Of a stretch of 64,000 nt of DNA, positions 9,680 through 18,160 are shown piece by piece. The stretch is taken from the NCBI GenBank assembly GCA_023247825.1, contig JAHFFR010000002.1:4972-68971 (forward strand), read 5' to 3'. This DNA comes from Candidatus Omnitrophota bacterium (GTDB taxonomy: Bacteria > Omnitrophota > Gorgyraeia > Gygaellales > Profunditerraquicolaceae). The position numbers and the translations under genes were made by a program. Position 1 is the stretch's first letter. Every line of letters starts with the position of its first letter. The notes below the pieces were generated by a model. It was not told the origin of the DNA. It made no database searches and was given only the letters and a program-made list of their open reading frames with translations.

Positions 9680-10669
9680 TTAATTTAATCCGTTCCTTAT
9701 AATAGCGCTGTTTAAAATCTTGCCCACCATCTGTTCATAGGTAATGCCGATATTTTTAGCTATTAACATAAAAACATCTTCGGTAGATAAAGAAGGCAGC
9801 GGGTTTATTTCCAAAACATAAGGATTGCCGTCATTATCAACCCTAAAATCCACCCTGCCAAAATCCCGGCATTCGACACCGCGATAAACTTTTAAAGCCA
9901 GCTCATCCAGCTTTTTCCTCAGTTCCTGCGATATCTTGGCCGGGCAGATATATTCCAGCCTATCTGAGGTAATCCGCGCAAAGGTATAAAATTTATCATT
10001 TAACTTTAATTTCCCGTCTATTTTTATCTGCACGACCGGCATGATCTCGGGGTTCTGGTTGCCCACAATAGCTACTGTAAATTCCTGGCCCGAGATAAAT
10101 TCCTCGACTAAAGCCGGCTGCTTATAAGTTTTGGTAATAAAATCAACCTGCTTTTTTAGTTCTTCGGTATTTTCTACGCGCGAGCTTTCACTTAAGCCTT
10201 TTGACGAACCTTCAAAACGCGGCTTGACAATTAATGGAAATTTACAATGGTCCTGATTGATCAGGGCATCGACGGATGGGACTTCAAAAAACTTAGGGGT
10301 GGGAATTTTTTCGGCGATAAAAATCTTTTTGGCCATGACCTTATCCAAAGTAAGCCCCAAAGTCAAAGCATCCGCCCCTACAAAAGGGACTCCTGCCATT
10401 TCAAGTAAAATGGGGACCTGGGATTCGCGGTTTCTTCCGGTAAGGCCTTCGGAAATATTAAAAACAATGTCTACCCCCAGATTATCAATTTTGTCCAATA
10501 AATTTAAGGCGTTGCCGATTTTCTTTACCTTAAAGCCGTTTGCCGTGATAGCGTCGGCAATGACATTAATCGTTGAAGGGGCGTCGAATTCCGCATTAGC
10601 ATCAAGGGGATCCCCTTCTTTAAATTTATAATCTGTCTTTAAATCGTATGTTAAACCTACGGTTTTCAT
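9680..10669 (-). CDS. ATP-grasp ligase, D-alanine--D-alanine ligase-like (paralog 1)
   Basis: PLIVKPRFEGSSKGL, EEFISGQEFTVAIV, YVLEINPLPSL. Abuts paralog 2 with no gap. Confidence 0.75.
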   Translation of the reverse strand: MKTVGLTYDLKTDYKFKEGDPLDANAEFDAPSTINVIADAITANGFKVKKIGNALNLLDKIDNLGVDIVFNISEGLTGRNRESQVPILLEMAGVPFVGADALTLGLTLDKVMAKKIFIAEKIPTPKFFEVPSVDALINQDHCKFPLIVKPRFEGSSKGLSESSRVENTEELKKQVDFITKTYKQPALVEEFISGQEFTVAIVGNQNPEIMPVVQIKIDGKLKLNDKFYTFARITSDRLEYICPAKISQELRKKLDELALKVYRGVECRDFGRVDFRVDNDGNPYVLEINPLPSLSTEDVFMLIAKNIGITYEQMVGKILNSAIIRNGLN

Positions 10670-10697
10670 CTATTTTTCTTTAAAATTTACCCCTGGC

Positions 10698-10742
10698 TAA
10701 AAAAATAAGGGCCATGTTTAAATTACTTCGCCATGAGCCCTT
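10698..10742 (-). terminator. Intrinsic-terminator-like hairpin plus U7 tract inside the leader of the ATP-grasp/kamA operon (candidate attenuator)
   Basis: Minus strand reads AAGGGC(U)CAUG, 15-nt loop, CAUGGCCCUU, then AUUUUUUU. That is a 10-bp stem with one bulge, lying between the predicted promoter and the ATG at 10669. Confidence 0.45.
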
Positions 10743-10819
10743 AAGAATCTATCCAATTTTTTCCAACTTAGTTTATAATCCTCCGAAAATTTACGCAAAA
10801 TCTTTCTATCTATATTATT

Positions 10820-10848
10820 TTTTTACCACAATATACCGGCGTTGTCAA
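10820..10848 (-). promoter_or_regulatory. Sigma70-like promoter (TTGACA, 17 nt, TAAAAA with upstream TG)
   Basis: On the minus strand, TTGACA is at 10848-10843 and TGgTAAAAA ends at 10820. Confidence 0.4.
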
Positions 10849-10865
10849 GTATTTTGATTCCCCCG

Positions 10866-10911
10866 GACCCCGCGGTTAAAACGAATTAAATCCGTGTAAA
10901 CCGCGGGGGTC
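10866..10911 (-). terminator. GC-rich hairpin just downstream of the HAD gene (no U tract)
   Basis: GACCCCGCGGTT and AACCGCGGGGGTC form a 12-bp stem with one extra G, 7 nt past the stop at 10918. Confidence 0.35.
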
Positions 10912-10917
10912 GATAAG

Positions 10918-11559
10918 CTAAATTCTGTTTTCCTCGTCGGAAAAGATTATTCCCGCGCTTTGAATATCGCCCATTAATTGCTCAAAACTGGCAAACACGC
11001 GGCCGCAAATGCCCTGGGAATTGGCAGACTCCACTAATTCTGGCCGGTCATCGGTATAAAATATCTCCTGCGGGCTGACTTTAAGCTCCTGGATAACTTT
11101 TTTGTAGATTTCTTTATCCGGTTTAATTAACCCGAGCTCAAAGGAGAGAAAAATTTTATCAAAAACCCCGAATACCGGGAAATTCTTCTTTAAATACTCA
11201 TAGTGCAGGGTATTTATGTTAGACAGCAGGGCCGTTTTATAGTTGGCGCGCAAAGTATTAAGCAGCCTGTAAACCAAGCGGTTCTTGGGGGTTAAGAAAA
11301 ATATATCATTCCAAATCGGCACAAATGAATTGAAGCTTAACTTTAAATCCAGCATATCCTTAACCTGAAGATAAAAATCTTCCGGGGGAATTTTGCCCGC
11401 TTCAAAGGCAATTGTTGCCTGCGATTCAAAAAAAAGATCATATATTTGGCGCGGGGTTTTCGAGCAAAAGCCCGACATTCTAACTGCCGCCCTCTTGTGA
11501 TCAAAATCTACCAGGACCCTTCCTAAATCAAACAGGATAACTTTTATTTCGCAAGCCAT
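10918..11559 (-). CDS. HAD-superfamily hydrolase (subfamily IA-like)
   Basis: Motif I ILFDLGRVLVDFD, motif II LLSN, and a C-terminal DD in FYTDDRPE. Confidence 0.8.
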   Translation of the reverse strand: MACEIKVILFDLGRVLVDFDHKRAAVRMSGFCSKTPRQIYDLFFESQATIAFEAGKIPPEDFYLQVKDMLDLKLSFNSFVPIWNDIFFLTPKNRLVYRLLNTLRANYKTALLSNINTLHYEYLKKNFPVFGVFDKIFLSFELGLIKPDKEIYKKVIQELKVSPQEIFYTDDRPELVESANSQGICGRVFASFEQLMGDIQSAGIIFSDEENRI

Positions 11560-11561
11560 GA

Positions 11562-12533
11562 TTAATTTCCCTTGTCCTTATTTTTCCTGAAGAGATCCAA
11601 AAACCTGTCTTCATATTCTTTGTAAACATTCCACTTATCCAGCTCTGCCTTTAGTTCCGTTGCCTTGGCAATATTAACGCTGCTTTCCTGGAAAAGCCTT
11701 TCAATTTTTTCTTTTACGGAAGCAGGTAATTTTGTAAGCTGGCCCAGGGTTTTCTTGATCAGTTCCACCTCCTCCTCGCCGATCGGCGCGGATTGACCGG
11801 GCGGCCCGAGCTTCAAATATTCCAATAATTTATTAATTTCATTCTCCATCCGGCTCGCCTGCTCTTTTAACGGCTGTAAATTTATTTGCATCTCCAATAT
11901 TTTTCCAAAGGCCTCCAGCACCGCGCAAGAGGCTTTTGGGTTTTCAATCTGGATAGTATAAAGGGGGATTTCCCCGAGCAGGCAAAACCCCTTTAACCCG
12001 GCTTTCTTGGCCATGCCCAAAAACAAACCGTTCATTCCGCTAATCTGGCCATCCTGCAACAGGTTAAAATTAAATTTCGCCAAGCTCTCTTTTATTTTTT
12101 GATCTGTGGCTGCAAACCAAACCGCCGATTCCTGGGTATGATCGGTTGCCTGAGGCATGGAAGCAAAACTTACAATTAACTCTACTCCTAAATCTCCGGC
12201 CAACCCGATAATTATCTTCGCGTAGCTATCCGCCTTGGATAAATCCGGCTGGGCATTGCTTAAGAAAATAATCAGGTCGTTTTTACCGGTTTTATTTTTC
12301 CAATAATAAAATTTACCCTGGGGAAGAAGCGGGGCATCCAATATTCCCGACGAGATAACGCTTCCGGTCAGATAAAAAAATTCTTCCGGGGCGATCTCGG
12401 CAAACTCAACCGCCTTTAACTCATTAATTAAATACTTCGCCGCATTTGCCGCTACCTCTCCCATACCCGGCCAGGCGACAATAAGATAAGGCTTTTTAAG
12501 CCGCGGTTTTTTAGAAATTATCAATGATCCCAT
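11562..12533 (-). CDS. PAC2 (proteasome-assembly-chaperone-like) family protein with coiled-coil tail
   Basis: The N-terminal PYLIVAWPGMGEVAANAAKYLINELKA pattern resembles PAC2-family proteins. Assigned from memory of the family. Confidence 0.55.
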   Translation of the reverse strand: MGSLIISKKPRLKKPYLIVAWPGMGEVAANAAKYLINELKAVEFAEIAPEEFFYLTGSVISSGILDAPLLPQGKFYYWKNKTGKNDLIIFLSNAQPDLSKADSYAKIIIGLAGDLGVELIVSFASMPQATDHTQESAVWFAATDQKIKESLAKFNFNLLQDGQISGMNGLFLGMAKKAGLKGFCLLGEIPLYTIQIENPKASCAVLEAFGKILEMQINLQPLKEQASRMENEINKLLEYLKLGPPGQSAPIGEEEVELIKKTLGQLTKLPASVKEKIERLFQESSVNIAKATELKAELDKWNVYKEYEDRFLDLFRKNKDKGN

Positions 12534-13666
12534 ATTCCCCCCTTAAATTTATATTTTTTTAAAAATTCCACCAAAACCCTTGCGCCATTATACAAATTAT
12601 CCAAAGACGCGTATTCATCGGCGATATGCGCGCAGCCCTCTGTGCCAAACCCGGTGGCAATTGCCGGTATGCCCACGTTTTTAAAAAAAGTTATTACCGT
12701 TGCGCCTTCCGAGCCGCTGATACGCGGTTTGATCTTTAAGCTTCTGGCCGCCGAAGCCAAGCTGTTCACCAAAGGATGGCACGGATTAATGTAATACGGA
12801 TTTTGAATCCCCTGGATTTCAATCTTAAAATTATCGGTATATTTAGCGATCGTTTTCCTCAAATTGCTTAATAATTCTTTCTCGGATGAGCCGGGCAAGA
12901 ACCTGAAATCCAGTTCAAACTCACACCAATCGCTGACCACATTCACCTTGTCTCCCCCCTTAATCGTGCCGACATTTATTGTGGGCCGGCGCAAATATTT
13001 ATTTTTAGGGAATATTTTATTTTGTTTTTTAAGATCGACGATTATTTTAGCCGCGATATCTATGGCATTTTTTCCTAACCAGGGATAGGCGCCGTGCGCT
13101 TTTTTCCCGCGAATTCGCACCTTTAAATGCATCAGGCCTTTTTGTGTAATTACAATTTCAAAATCATCCGCATCCAGGATAAGGGCGGCATCTGCTTTTA
13201 AAATTTTGCGCTTAAGCAGGGGTATTAAGCCTAAGCTTGAGCCGCTTTCTTCATCAGCGGTGGCGGCAAAAACCAAATTATAATCGAGTTTAGCGCCGTC
13301 TTCAACTATTGAATTAACCGCTTCTAAGGCACTCGCCAGGTTCCCCTTACAATCTGTCGCCCCTAAACCATAAATTTTATCTCCGATAATTTTAGCGCAA
13401 AAAGGTCCGGTCTTCCAGTTTTCGCCGGCCGGAACAGTGTCCAGATGCGGGGTAATAAGAAGGAATTTACCGCGTTTCCTTCCCCTAAGAGTTGCGACAA
13501 CATTTTCTCTTTTATTGCTGAATGCGTATGTTTTAACTTCAAGGCCCAGGCCCGATAGATACGCCCTGACAAAATCAGAGATCGCCTTTTCATCGCCGGG
13601 CGGATTCTGAGAGTCAATGGAAATTAATTTTTTAATGGTTTTTATTAAACGTTTTTTATTGACCAT
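12521..13666 (-). CDS. M20-family metallopeptidase (ArgE/DapE-like deacylase)
   Basis: HLDTVPAG, ADEESGS and the dimerisation-domain pattern. Start moved to the internal MVNKKRLIKTIKKLISIDS, because the upstream 33 codons overlap the preceding gene. Confidence 0.8.
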   Translation of the reverse strand: MVNKKRLIKTIKKLISIDSQNPPGDEKAISDFVRAYLSGLGLEVKTYAFSNKRENVVATLRGRKRGKFLLITPHLDTVPAGENWKTGPFCAKIIGDKIYGLGATDCKGNLASALEAVNSIVEDGAKLDYNLVFAATADEESGSSLGLIPLLKRKILKADAALILDADDFEIVITQKGLMHLKVRIRGKKAHGAYPWLGKNAIDIAAKIIVDLKKQNKIFPKNKYLRRPTINVGTIKGGDKVNVVSDWCEFELDFRFLPGSSEKELLSNLRKTIAKYTDNFKIEIQGIQNPYYINPCHPLVNSLASAARSLKIKPRISGSEGATVITFFKNVGIPAIATGFGTEGCAHIADEYASLDNLYNGARVLVEFLKKYKFKGGIWDH

Positions 13667-14294
13667 CCAGCGGACATGCCTCGCATTTGGGGTCCTGCTT
13701 ACGGCAGTAATCCTTGCCCAACTTGACCAAAAGGGCGTGATACTCGTTAAATAACTTCGCATCAACTTTAAGATTGCGCATAAAAATATCCTGCACGCTG
13801 GAATAATCGGCGCCTTCTTTAATTAATCCGTGCCGAAAAAGTATCCTTTTGGTGTAGGCATCGACGACAAATATGGGTTTATCCAGGGCGTAAAGTAAAA
13901 TAGAATCCGCGGTTTCCTGCCCGATACCGTTTACCTCAAGCAATTGTTTGCGCAAAACCGCTAAATCAACGGCGGCAATAGTTTTAATACTGGCGGCATA
14001 ATTATCAAAGAAAAATTTAAGAAAATTTTTAAGCCGGGCGGCTTTAATATTATAATACCCTGCGCTTTTAATTAAAAAAGCCAGTTTCCTCGGGGCCAGT
14101 TTATAGAGCTTGCCTGCGCCTAAGAGCTTTTTTTCTTTAAGGGCCGCCAGTGCCTTTTCTACGTTTGCCCAACTGGTATTCTGGGTAAGAATTGCCCCAA
14201 CCATTACTTCAAAAGCAGACTCAGCAGGCCACCAATGCTGTTGGCCAAAAGCAGAATAAAGGCGCTGAAAAATACGGTTTAACTTGCGCTTCAT
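13656..14294 (-). CDS. Endonuclease III-like HhH-GPD domain protein
   Basis: HhH motif LLEVNGIGQETADSILLYAL, catalytic-region VDAYTKR, and a C-terminal Cys cluster CRKQDPKCEACPL. Confidence 0.8.
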   Translation of the reverse strand: MKRKLNRIFQRLYSAFGQQHWWPAESAFEVMVGAILTQNTSWANVEKALAALKEKKLLGAGKLYKLAPRKLAFLIKSAGYYNIKAARLKNFLKFFFDNYAASIKTIAAVDLAVLRKQLLEVNGIGQETADSILLYALDKPIFVVDAYTKRILFRHGLIKEGADYSSVQDIFMRNLKVDAKLFNEYHALLVKLGKDYCRKQDPKCEACPLDGQ

Positions 14295-16228
14295 TCTTTA
14301 AGTTCTAACGGATTAAAACCATAATAGGCAAAAAGAGTATACGCTGTTCCGGAGACCGAGCCTGTATGGCTTCCCTTGGGGGTCATCCAGCCATGCCCCG
14401 TATCCACGTGCTCCTGGGTGGCATAAGGAAGGCAGCCTTCCCCCTGGCCCGACGGCGATGAACTGGAGATAATCATATTGCCCAATTCGCTTAAATACAT
14501 TTCCGCTTTTTTCTTATAATTATCCGCTTTGGGCGTATCGCCTTTTTTGGCATAAAAATCTTCCATAATTTTATAAGATACGATCATCTGCGCAGTCCAC
14601 TCCGAAGAGACTACCCCTCCTCTTGCTGCGTGCTGCTGCGGCGCAAAATCAAATCCTTTTATTTTTACTCCCCGGTTATTTGGCCGCAGGAAATTTACCT
14701 CGGCGCTGCAATTCTCCTCGACAAACTCCAGGATCTTATCCGGGTCCATGCCCAACTCTTGCAGCTTCTGCGGCCCGATAGCGGCAATTGACCATGCATA
14801 AGTATCTGTGGCAATAGTGGAATCGCCTTTGCCGCGCTTAACCGGTAAATCCTGCCGGTTATAGGTATTCTCGACGATCCAATTGACTGCTTTTTGGGCA
14901 GCCTGAAAATATATTTTTTCCCCCGTAACCCTGGCTAACATATTGAAAAACGCGTAAGCATCAAGATTGTGCTCCGTAGAATACCATTCAACCTGCGGCC
15001 CGCCGACTATACCGCCATCGGCGTCTTTATTTTGAATTTTGATAATCGTAGAAGCAATACTTTGTGCTAAATCCAGATAGCTTCTATCCTGGGTTTTTTG
15101 CATATACTGCATAACGGCAAGACCTACCCAGATATTCGGGCCGCTATGCATTATAAACTCCGCCGGGCCGCCGTCAGAGACATAATAGGCATTAAGAAAC
15201 CAGCCGTCTTCTCTTTTTGCCTGATGGGCAAAAAAATCCAGGATTTTCTTTGCGCGGCCAAAATCTTCAAACTGCGTATAAGCCTGGATGAGTAAAGCCA
15301 AATCATAAGTAAACGCCCAGCTGGCAATATCTTTATCCCCTTCGAAACTCGCTACCAAACCGGTGCGCTTATTTTGGTGGATCTTAAGCCACTGGTACAT
15401 CTTGTCAAAATTAGCCTTCTCTAGAGCTATCTTTTTCTCATCCAGCCGGGATAATTCTCTGCTGGCAATGTTTTCATTACGTAAAACTGCTGCCAGCTCT
15501 TCTTCTAAAACAGCTTTCTCTTTTGTTAAACCGGCAATCAAATCATTGAGCTGTTTAATCTGGCTTAAATCGCCTGTTTCTATTTTTTCTTTTTGGGATT
15601 CAAAAGATTTTATACGTTCCTCTAAGATTTTCAATTTTGACTGAAAATCCTGGCGCTCAACAATAAGCTCTTCCGTTTTTTGCTTAGTTAAATTTGAATC
15701 TCTTAATACAATGGCTAGCTTTTCGATAAGAAGCTTATTGCCGCGCGTTAACTTAAGGTTCGCGTAACTGTTAATGCCTAAAATTAAAGCCAAAAATACA
15801 ACCAGCGATAAAGCTACCGGGACAAAAAGCCTTTTAAACCAGGCATAGCGCATTAATTTGACATTTTTTCCTGCGGAAATCTGATCGTAATTTAAACCGA
15901 TTAAATACCTGCGGTTATCCCCCAGGACGTCCCTGACCCAGACAACGCTTGCCCGCGCAGGAATAGGCTTTCTGCTGATCGGGATATCAATTTCCAAGGA
16001 TAGCTTAAACTTTTTTTCATTGAGCAGTTTAAGTAATTGGGGGTCGGGATTATTTATAGAAAGGCAGATGCCGCCGCGGCTGACGTTATTAGTAAAACCC
16101 TGCAGCCAACTGGACAGAAAAATCTTCCCGTCCAGAGTTTCAAGGCGGAACTGCACCGGAAACACCGTATCCAGGCGCAGGTATTTTCTTTGCTCTATCG
16201 GATGTTCTTTTTTATTTTTTAACCCCAT
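14291..16228 (-). CDS. PilZ-domain protein with TM segment, coiled coil and C-terminal alpha/alpha-toroid-like domain
   Basis: N-terminal QRKYLRL...FPVQF...GFTNNVSRGGI (PilZ RxxxR / DxSxxG-type pattern). Hydrophobic VPVALSLVVFLALILGI, then heptad-rich KLKILEERIKSFESQKEKIE. The C-terminal helical repeats are Trp/Tyr-rich (AFTYDLALLIQAY..., NIWVGLAVMQY..., NLDAYAFFNML...). Confidence 0.65.
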   Translation of the reverse strand: MGLKNKKEHPIEQRKYLRLDTVFPVQFRLETLDGKIFLSSWLQGFTNNVSRGGICLSINNPDPQLLKLLNEKKFKLSLEIDIPISRKPIPARASVVWVRDVLGDNRRYLIGLNYDQISAGKNVKLMRYAWFKRLFVPVALSLVVFLALILGINSYANLKLTRGNKLLIEKLAIVLRDSNLTKQKTEELIVERQDFQSKLKILEERIKSFESQKEKIETGDLSQIKQLNDLIAGLTKEKAVLEEELAAVLRNENIASRELSRLDEKKIALEKANFDKMYQWLKIHQNKRTGLVASFEGDKDIASWAFTYDLALLIQAYTQFEDFGRAKKILDFFAHQAKREDGWFLNAYYVSDGGPAEFIMHSGPNIWVGLAVMQYMQKTQDRSYLDLAQSIASTIIKIQNKDADGGIVGGPQVEWYSTEHNLDAYAFFNMLARVTGEKIYFQAAQKAVNWIVENTYNRQDLPVKRGKGDSTIATDTYAWSIAAIGPQKLQELGMDPDKILEFVEENCSAEVNFLRPNNRGVKIKGFDFAPQQHAARGGVVSSEWTAQMIVSYKIMEDFYAKKGDTPKADNYKKKAEMYLSELGNMIISSSSPSGQGEGCLPYATQEHVDTGHGWMTPKGSHTGSVSGTAYTLFAYYGFNPLELKE

Positions 16229-16299
16229 TTTATCCTATTCTAAATTAAATCTTTCGACTATATTTTATAACAAATGAAAACTAATGCAATGTGAATTGT

Positions 16300-16670
16300 G
16301 GAGGGGTGCGGCTGCCTTGTCTTGTTTCTCGCAGGGACGCTTGTTTGCCCCTGCGTGGCAAAACTGCGCTCGGGTCGGCTGGCGTCGCTCCCCGCAAAAC
16401 AAGGATAGAGGGCGGGTCCATGCCCGCTCCTTGCCGACACGCCCTGCTCAAATCCAAAACAAGCCATCCGCTAAGAATATCTATAAGCTTTACGGCTTTT
16501 GCTGGAGGCGCATTAGGAAACTTTCGGCAATTCCCGAGTTTTCTTCTTTAGAGGAGTGCAAGGGATTACGACGGACCGAAGGCTTCAATCACCTTGTAAA
16601 TACGCCGAAGGCGAGCCGTAAACCGCAGCACTCGGCGAAAGTTTCCAGCGCCGGAAGCAAGAGACGGAAA
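16300..16670. ncRNA. Candidate structured non-coding RNA of unknown class (strand unresolved)
   Basis: Intergenic and visibly richer in G+C than the flanks. Nested helices: 16330-16336/16349-16355 (7 bp), 16410-16416/16423-16429 (7 bp), 16374-16379/16433-16438 (6 bp). A long arm follows: 16495-16503/16656-16663, 16507-16511/16648-16652, 16516-16525/16637-16646 (10 bp perfect) and 16534-16538/16631-16635. The overlapping ORF translations look like noise. Confidence 0.45.
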
Positions 16671-16686
16671 GCAAATACATGTAATT

Positions 16687-17277
16687 TCAAGGTTTGTGTC
16701 TAAAAGCAAAGAGGCCAGAGAAATTGGCAAGATCGGTAATGCCTTTTTCCTGGCAGATAATTTTAAACTTGGTAAAAACTTCCCAGGTCATTTCGACGTC
16801 GGCCAAAGCCCGGTGCTGCTGCGCTGATTTGACTTCCAGCTTCTGCGCGACAAACCAAAGCGCATAACGCGCCAAATCCGGCATAAGAATTCTCGCCATA
16901 GCCAGCACATCAAAAACAATAATATTATTAATTACGGGTAAACCAATTAACTTAAGCTCGTTATTTAAAAAGTTCAGGTCAAATTCCGCATTATATGAAC
17001 AAAGGCAGCTGCCTTTAATAAAATCTAAAAATTTTGGCATTACTGCCTCTACGCGCGGGGCCCCTTTTAACATCTCCGGAGTAATCTTATTTACGGCAAA
17101 AGCTCCCGGAGAAATCTCTCTCCCCGGATTAATCAGTTCATCAAATACGGCTAGCCTTTGTTTACCCTTAACCTTCAAGGCAGCCAACTCCACTATGCGG
17201 TCACCTTCCTCGGGCTTTAAACCGGTGGTCTCGGTATCGAATATAGTAATTTCTATTTCATCGATATGCTCAGGCAT
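16687..17277 (-). CDS. DnaQ-like 3'-5' exonuclease (DNA polymerase III epsilon family)
   Basis: ExoI FDTETTGL, ExoII SYNAEFDLNFL, ExoIII HRALADVEMT. Confidence 0.85.
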   Translation of the reverse strand: MPEHIDEIEITIFDTETTGLKPEEGDRIVELAALKVKGKQRLAVFDELINPGREISPGAFAVNKITPEMLKGAPRVEAVMPKFLDFIKGSCLCSYNAEFDLNFLNNELKLIGLPVINNIIVFDVLAMARILMPDLARYALWFVAQKLEVKSAQQHRALADVEMTWEVFTKFKIICQEKGITDLANFSGLFAFRHKP

Positions 17278-18160
17278 CTCTGGTTACAACATAAGCCGGG
17301 ATTAACCGGGCAGGTTTATAAGAAAGCTTGGTTTTCCGTAAATTCTCCAGGCCCGAATCATCCATAATATTAATATACTTATAATCTTTCAGCTCCTGGC
17401 TAAACTTGCGGAAAATAAATTGGGCCAGCCCTTTAATAGAAAGGTCGGTTATCTCATAAAGTATACAGAAAGTATCATCATTTAATTTATAACCGAAACT
17501 GAATGCTTTGATTTTTTTATTCCCACTGACCACCACTCCTTCTAAATTTAACTGTTTATAATTAGCTAACGCATCTTTGATTACTTTGCGGCTGTCTTCA
17601 AGCATGCCGCAGTAGATATCGCCGCTACTCTGCGTTTTGCGCTGCTTTACCCAAGAATTAAATAAATCCAGGCAGCCGGCACTATCCGGCAGCCTCAATT
17701 GGCGCCAATCAAAATCATAATGCTTGATAAAATAATTATAGGAAGCGCGCTGGGATTTAAATTTATTCCCCCCAAGGCCGGCTAAATCATCCCTTAAGCA
17801 AAGGTAATCCGGATATTTTTCATGGGCCAGATACCCCAGGGCACGGTAATAATCTAAATCCTCCTGCTCGATATTTTCAATGCGTGAGATATCCTTGTTT
17901 TTATTAATCTTATCCATAATCGCAAATGCCTCTTTTATAACCTTAGGCCGGCGTTCTTTTGCCAGCGGCGGAAGATACATAAATGAGCCGATCTTGTCTT
18001 GAAAAAATACACAAAGGCTATTTTCAATTACCTGCCATTTAATATCATAAAGAGCCCGCCAGATGTAAATATTAGCAAAAGAGAATACCGCCAATTCATG
18101 AGGCGATAGGATCAGGTATTTGTTAAATAGCTTCCGGTCTTTTAAGGTTAATTTCCGCAA
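17270..18160 (-). CDS. DUF2156-like protein (resembles the C-terminal domain of lysyl-phosphatidylglycerol synthase, GNAT-like fold)
   Basis: N-terminal LTLKDRKLFNKYL...ELAVFSFANIYIWR pattern and ~296 aa size, assigned from memory of the family. Confidence 0.55.
   Translation of the reverse strand: MRKLTLKDRKLFNKYLILSPHELAVFSFANIYIWRALYDIKWQVIENSLCVFFQDKIGSFMYLPPLAKERRPKVIKEAFAIMDKINKNKDISRIENIEQEDLDYYRALGYLAHEKYPDYLCLRDDLAGLGGNKFKSQRASYNYFIKHYDFDWRQLRLPDSAGCLDLFNSWVKQRKTQSSGDIYCGMLEDSRKVIKDALANYKQLNLEGVVVSGNKKIKAFSFGYKLNDDTFCILYEITDLSIKGLAQFIFRKFSQELKDYKYINIMDDSGLENLRKTKLSYKPARLIPAYVVTRDA

Noticed and set aside
13667-13765. 33-codon N-terminal extension of the M20 peptidase ORF
   Set aside because: The extension (MMRSYLTSITPFWSSWARITAVS...) overlaps the end of the EndoIII-like gene and looks non-protein-like. 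The internal Met gives a typical M20 N-terminus (KKLISIDSQNPPG).
16290-16680. Identification of the structured block as RNase P RNA, tmRNA, SRP RNA or a c-di-GMP-I riboswitch
   Set aside because: Neither strand has the P4 GAGGAAAGUCC / ACAGAA..CGGCUUA pair. There is no tmRNA 5' GGGG..UUCGAC, no T-arm and no tag ORF ending in a stop. There is no SRP GGAA-capped domain IV. On the minus strand, CACGCAGGGGCAAAC superficially recalls the start of the GEMM-I consensus, but the rest does not follow it. The element is left as unknown pending cmsearch.
16258-16703. ORFs of 139, 86 and 69 aa (16284-16703 +, 16291-16551 +, 16258-16467 -) covering the G+C-rich spacer
   Set aside because: The translations are R/K/S/A/P-rich low-complexity strings with no domain-like pattern and no RBS. 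Open frames are expected by chance in G+C-rich sequence, and the dense nested complementarity fits RNA better.
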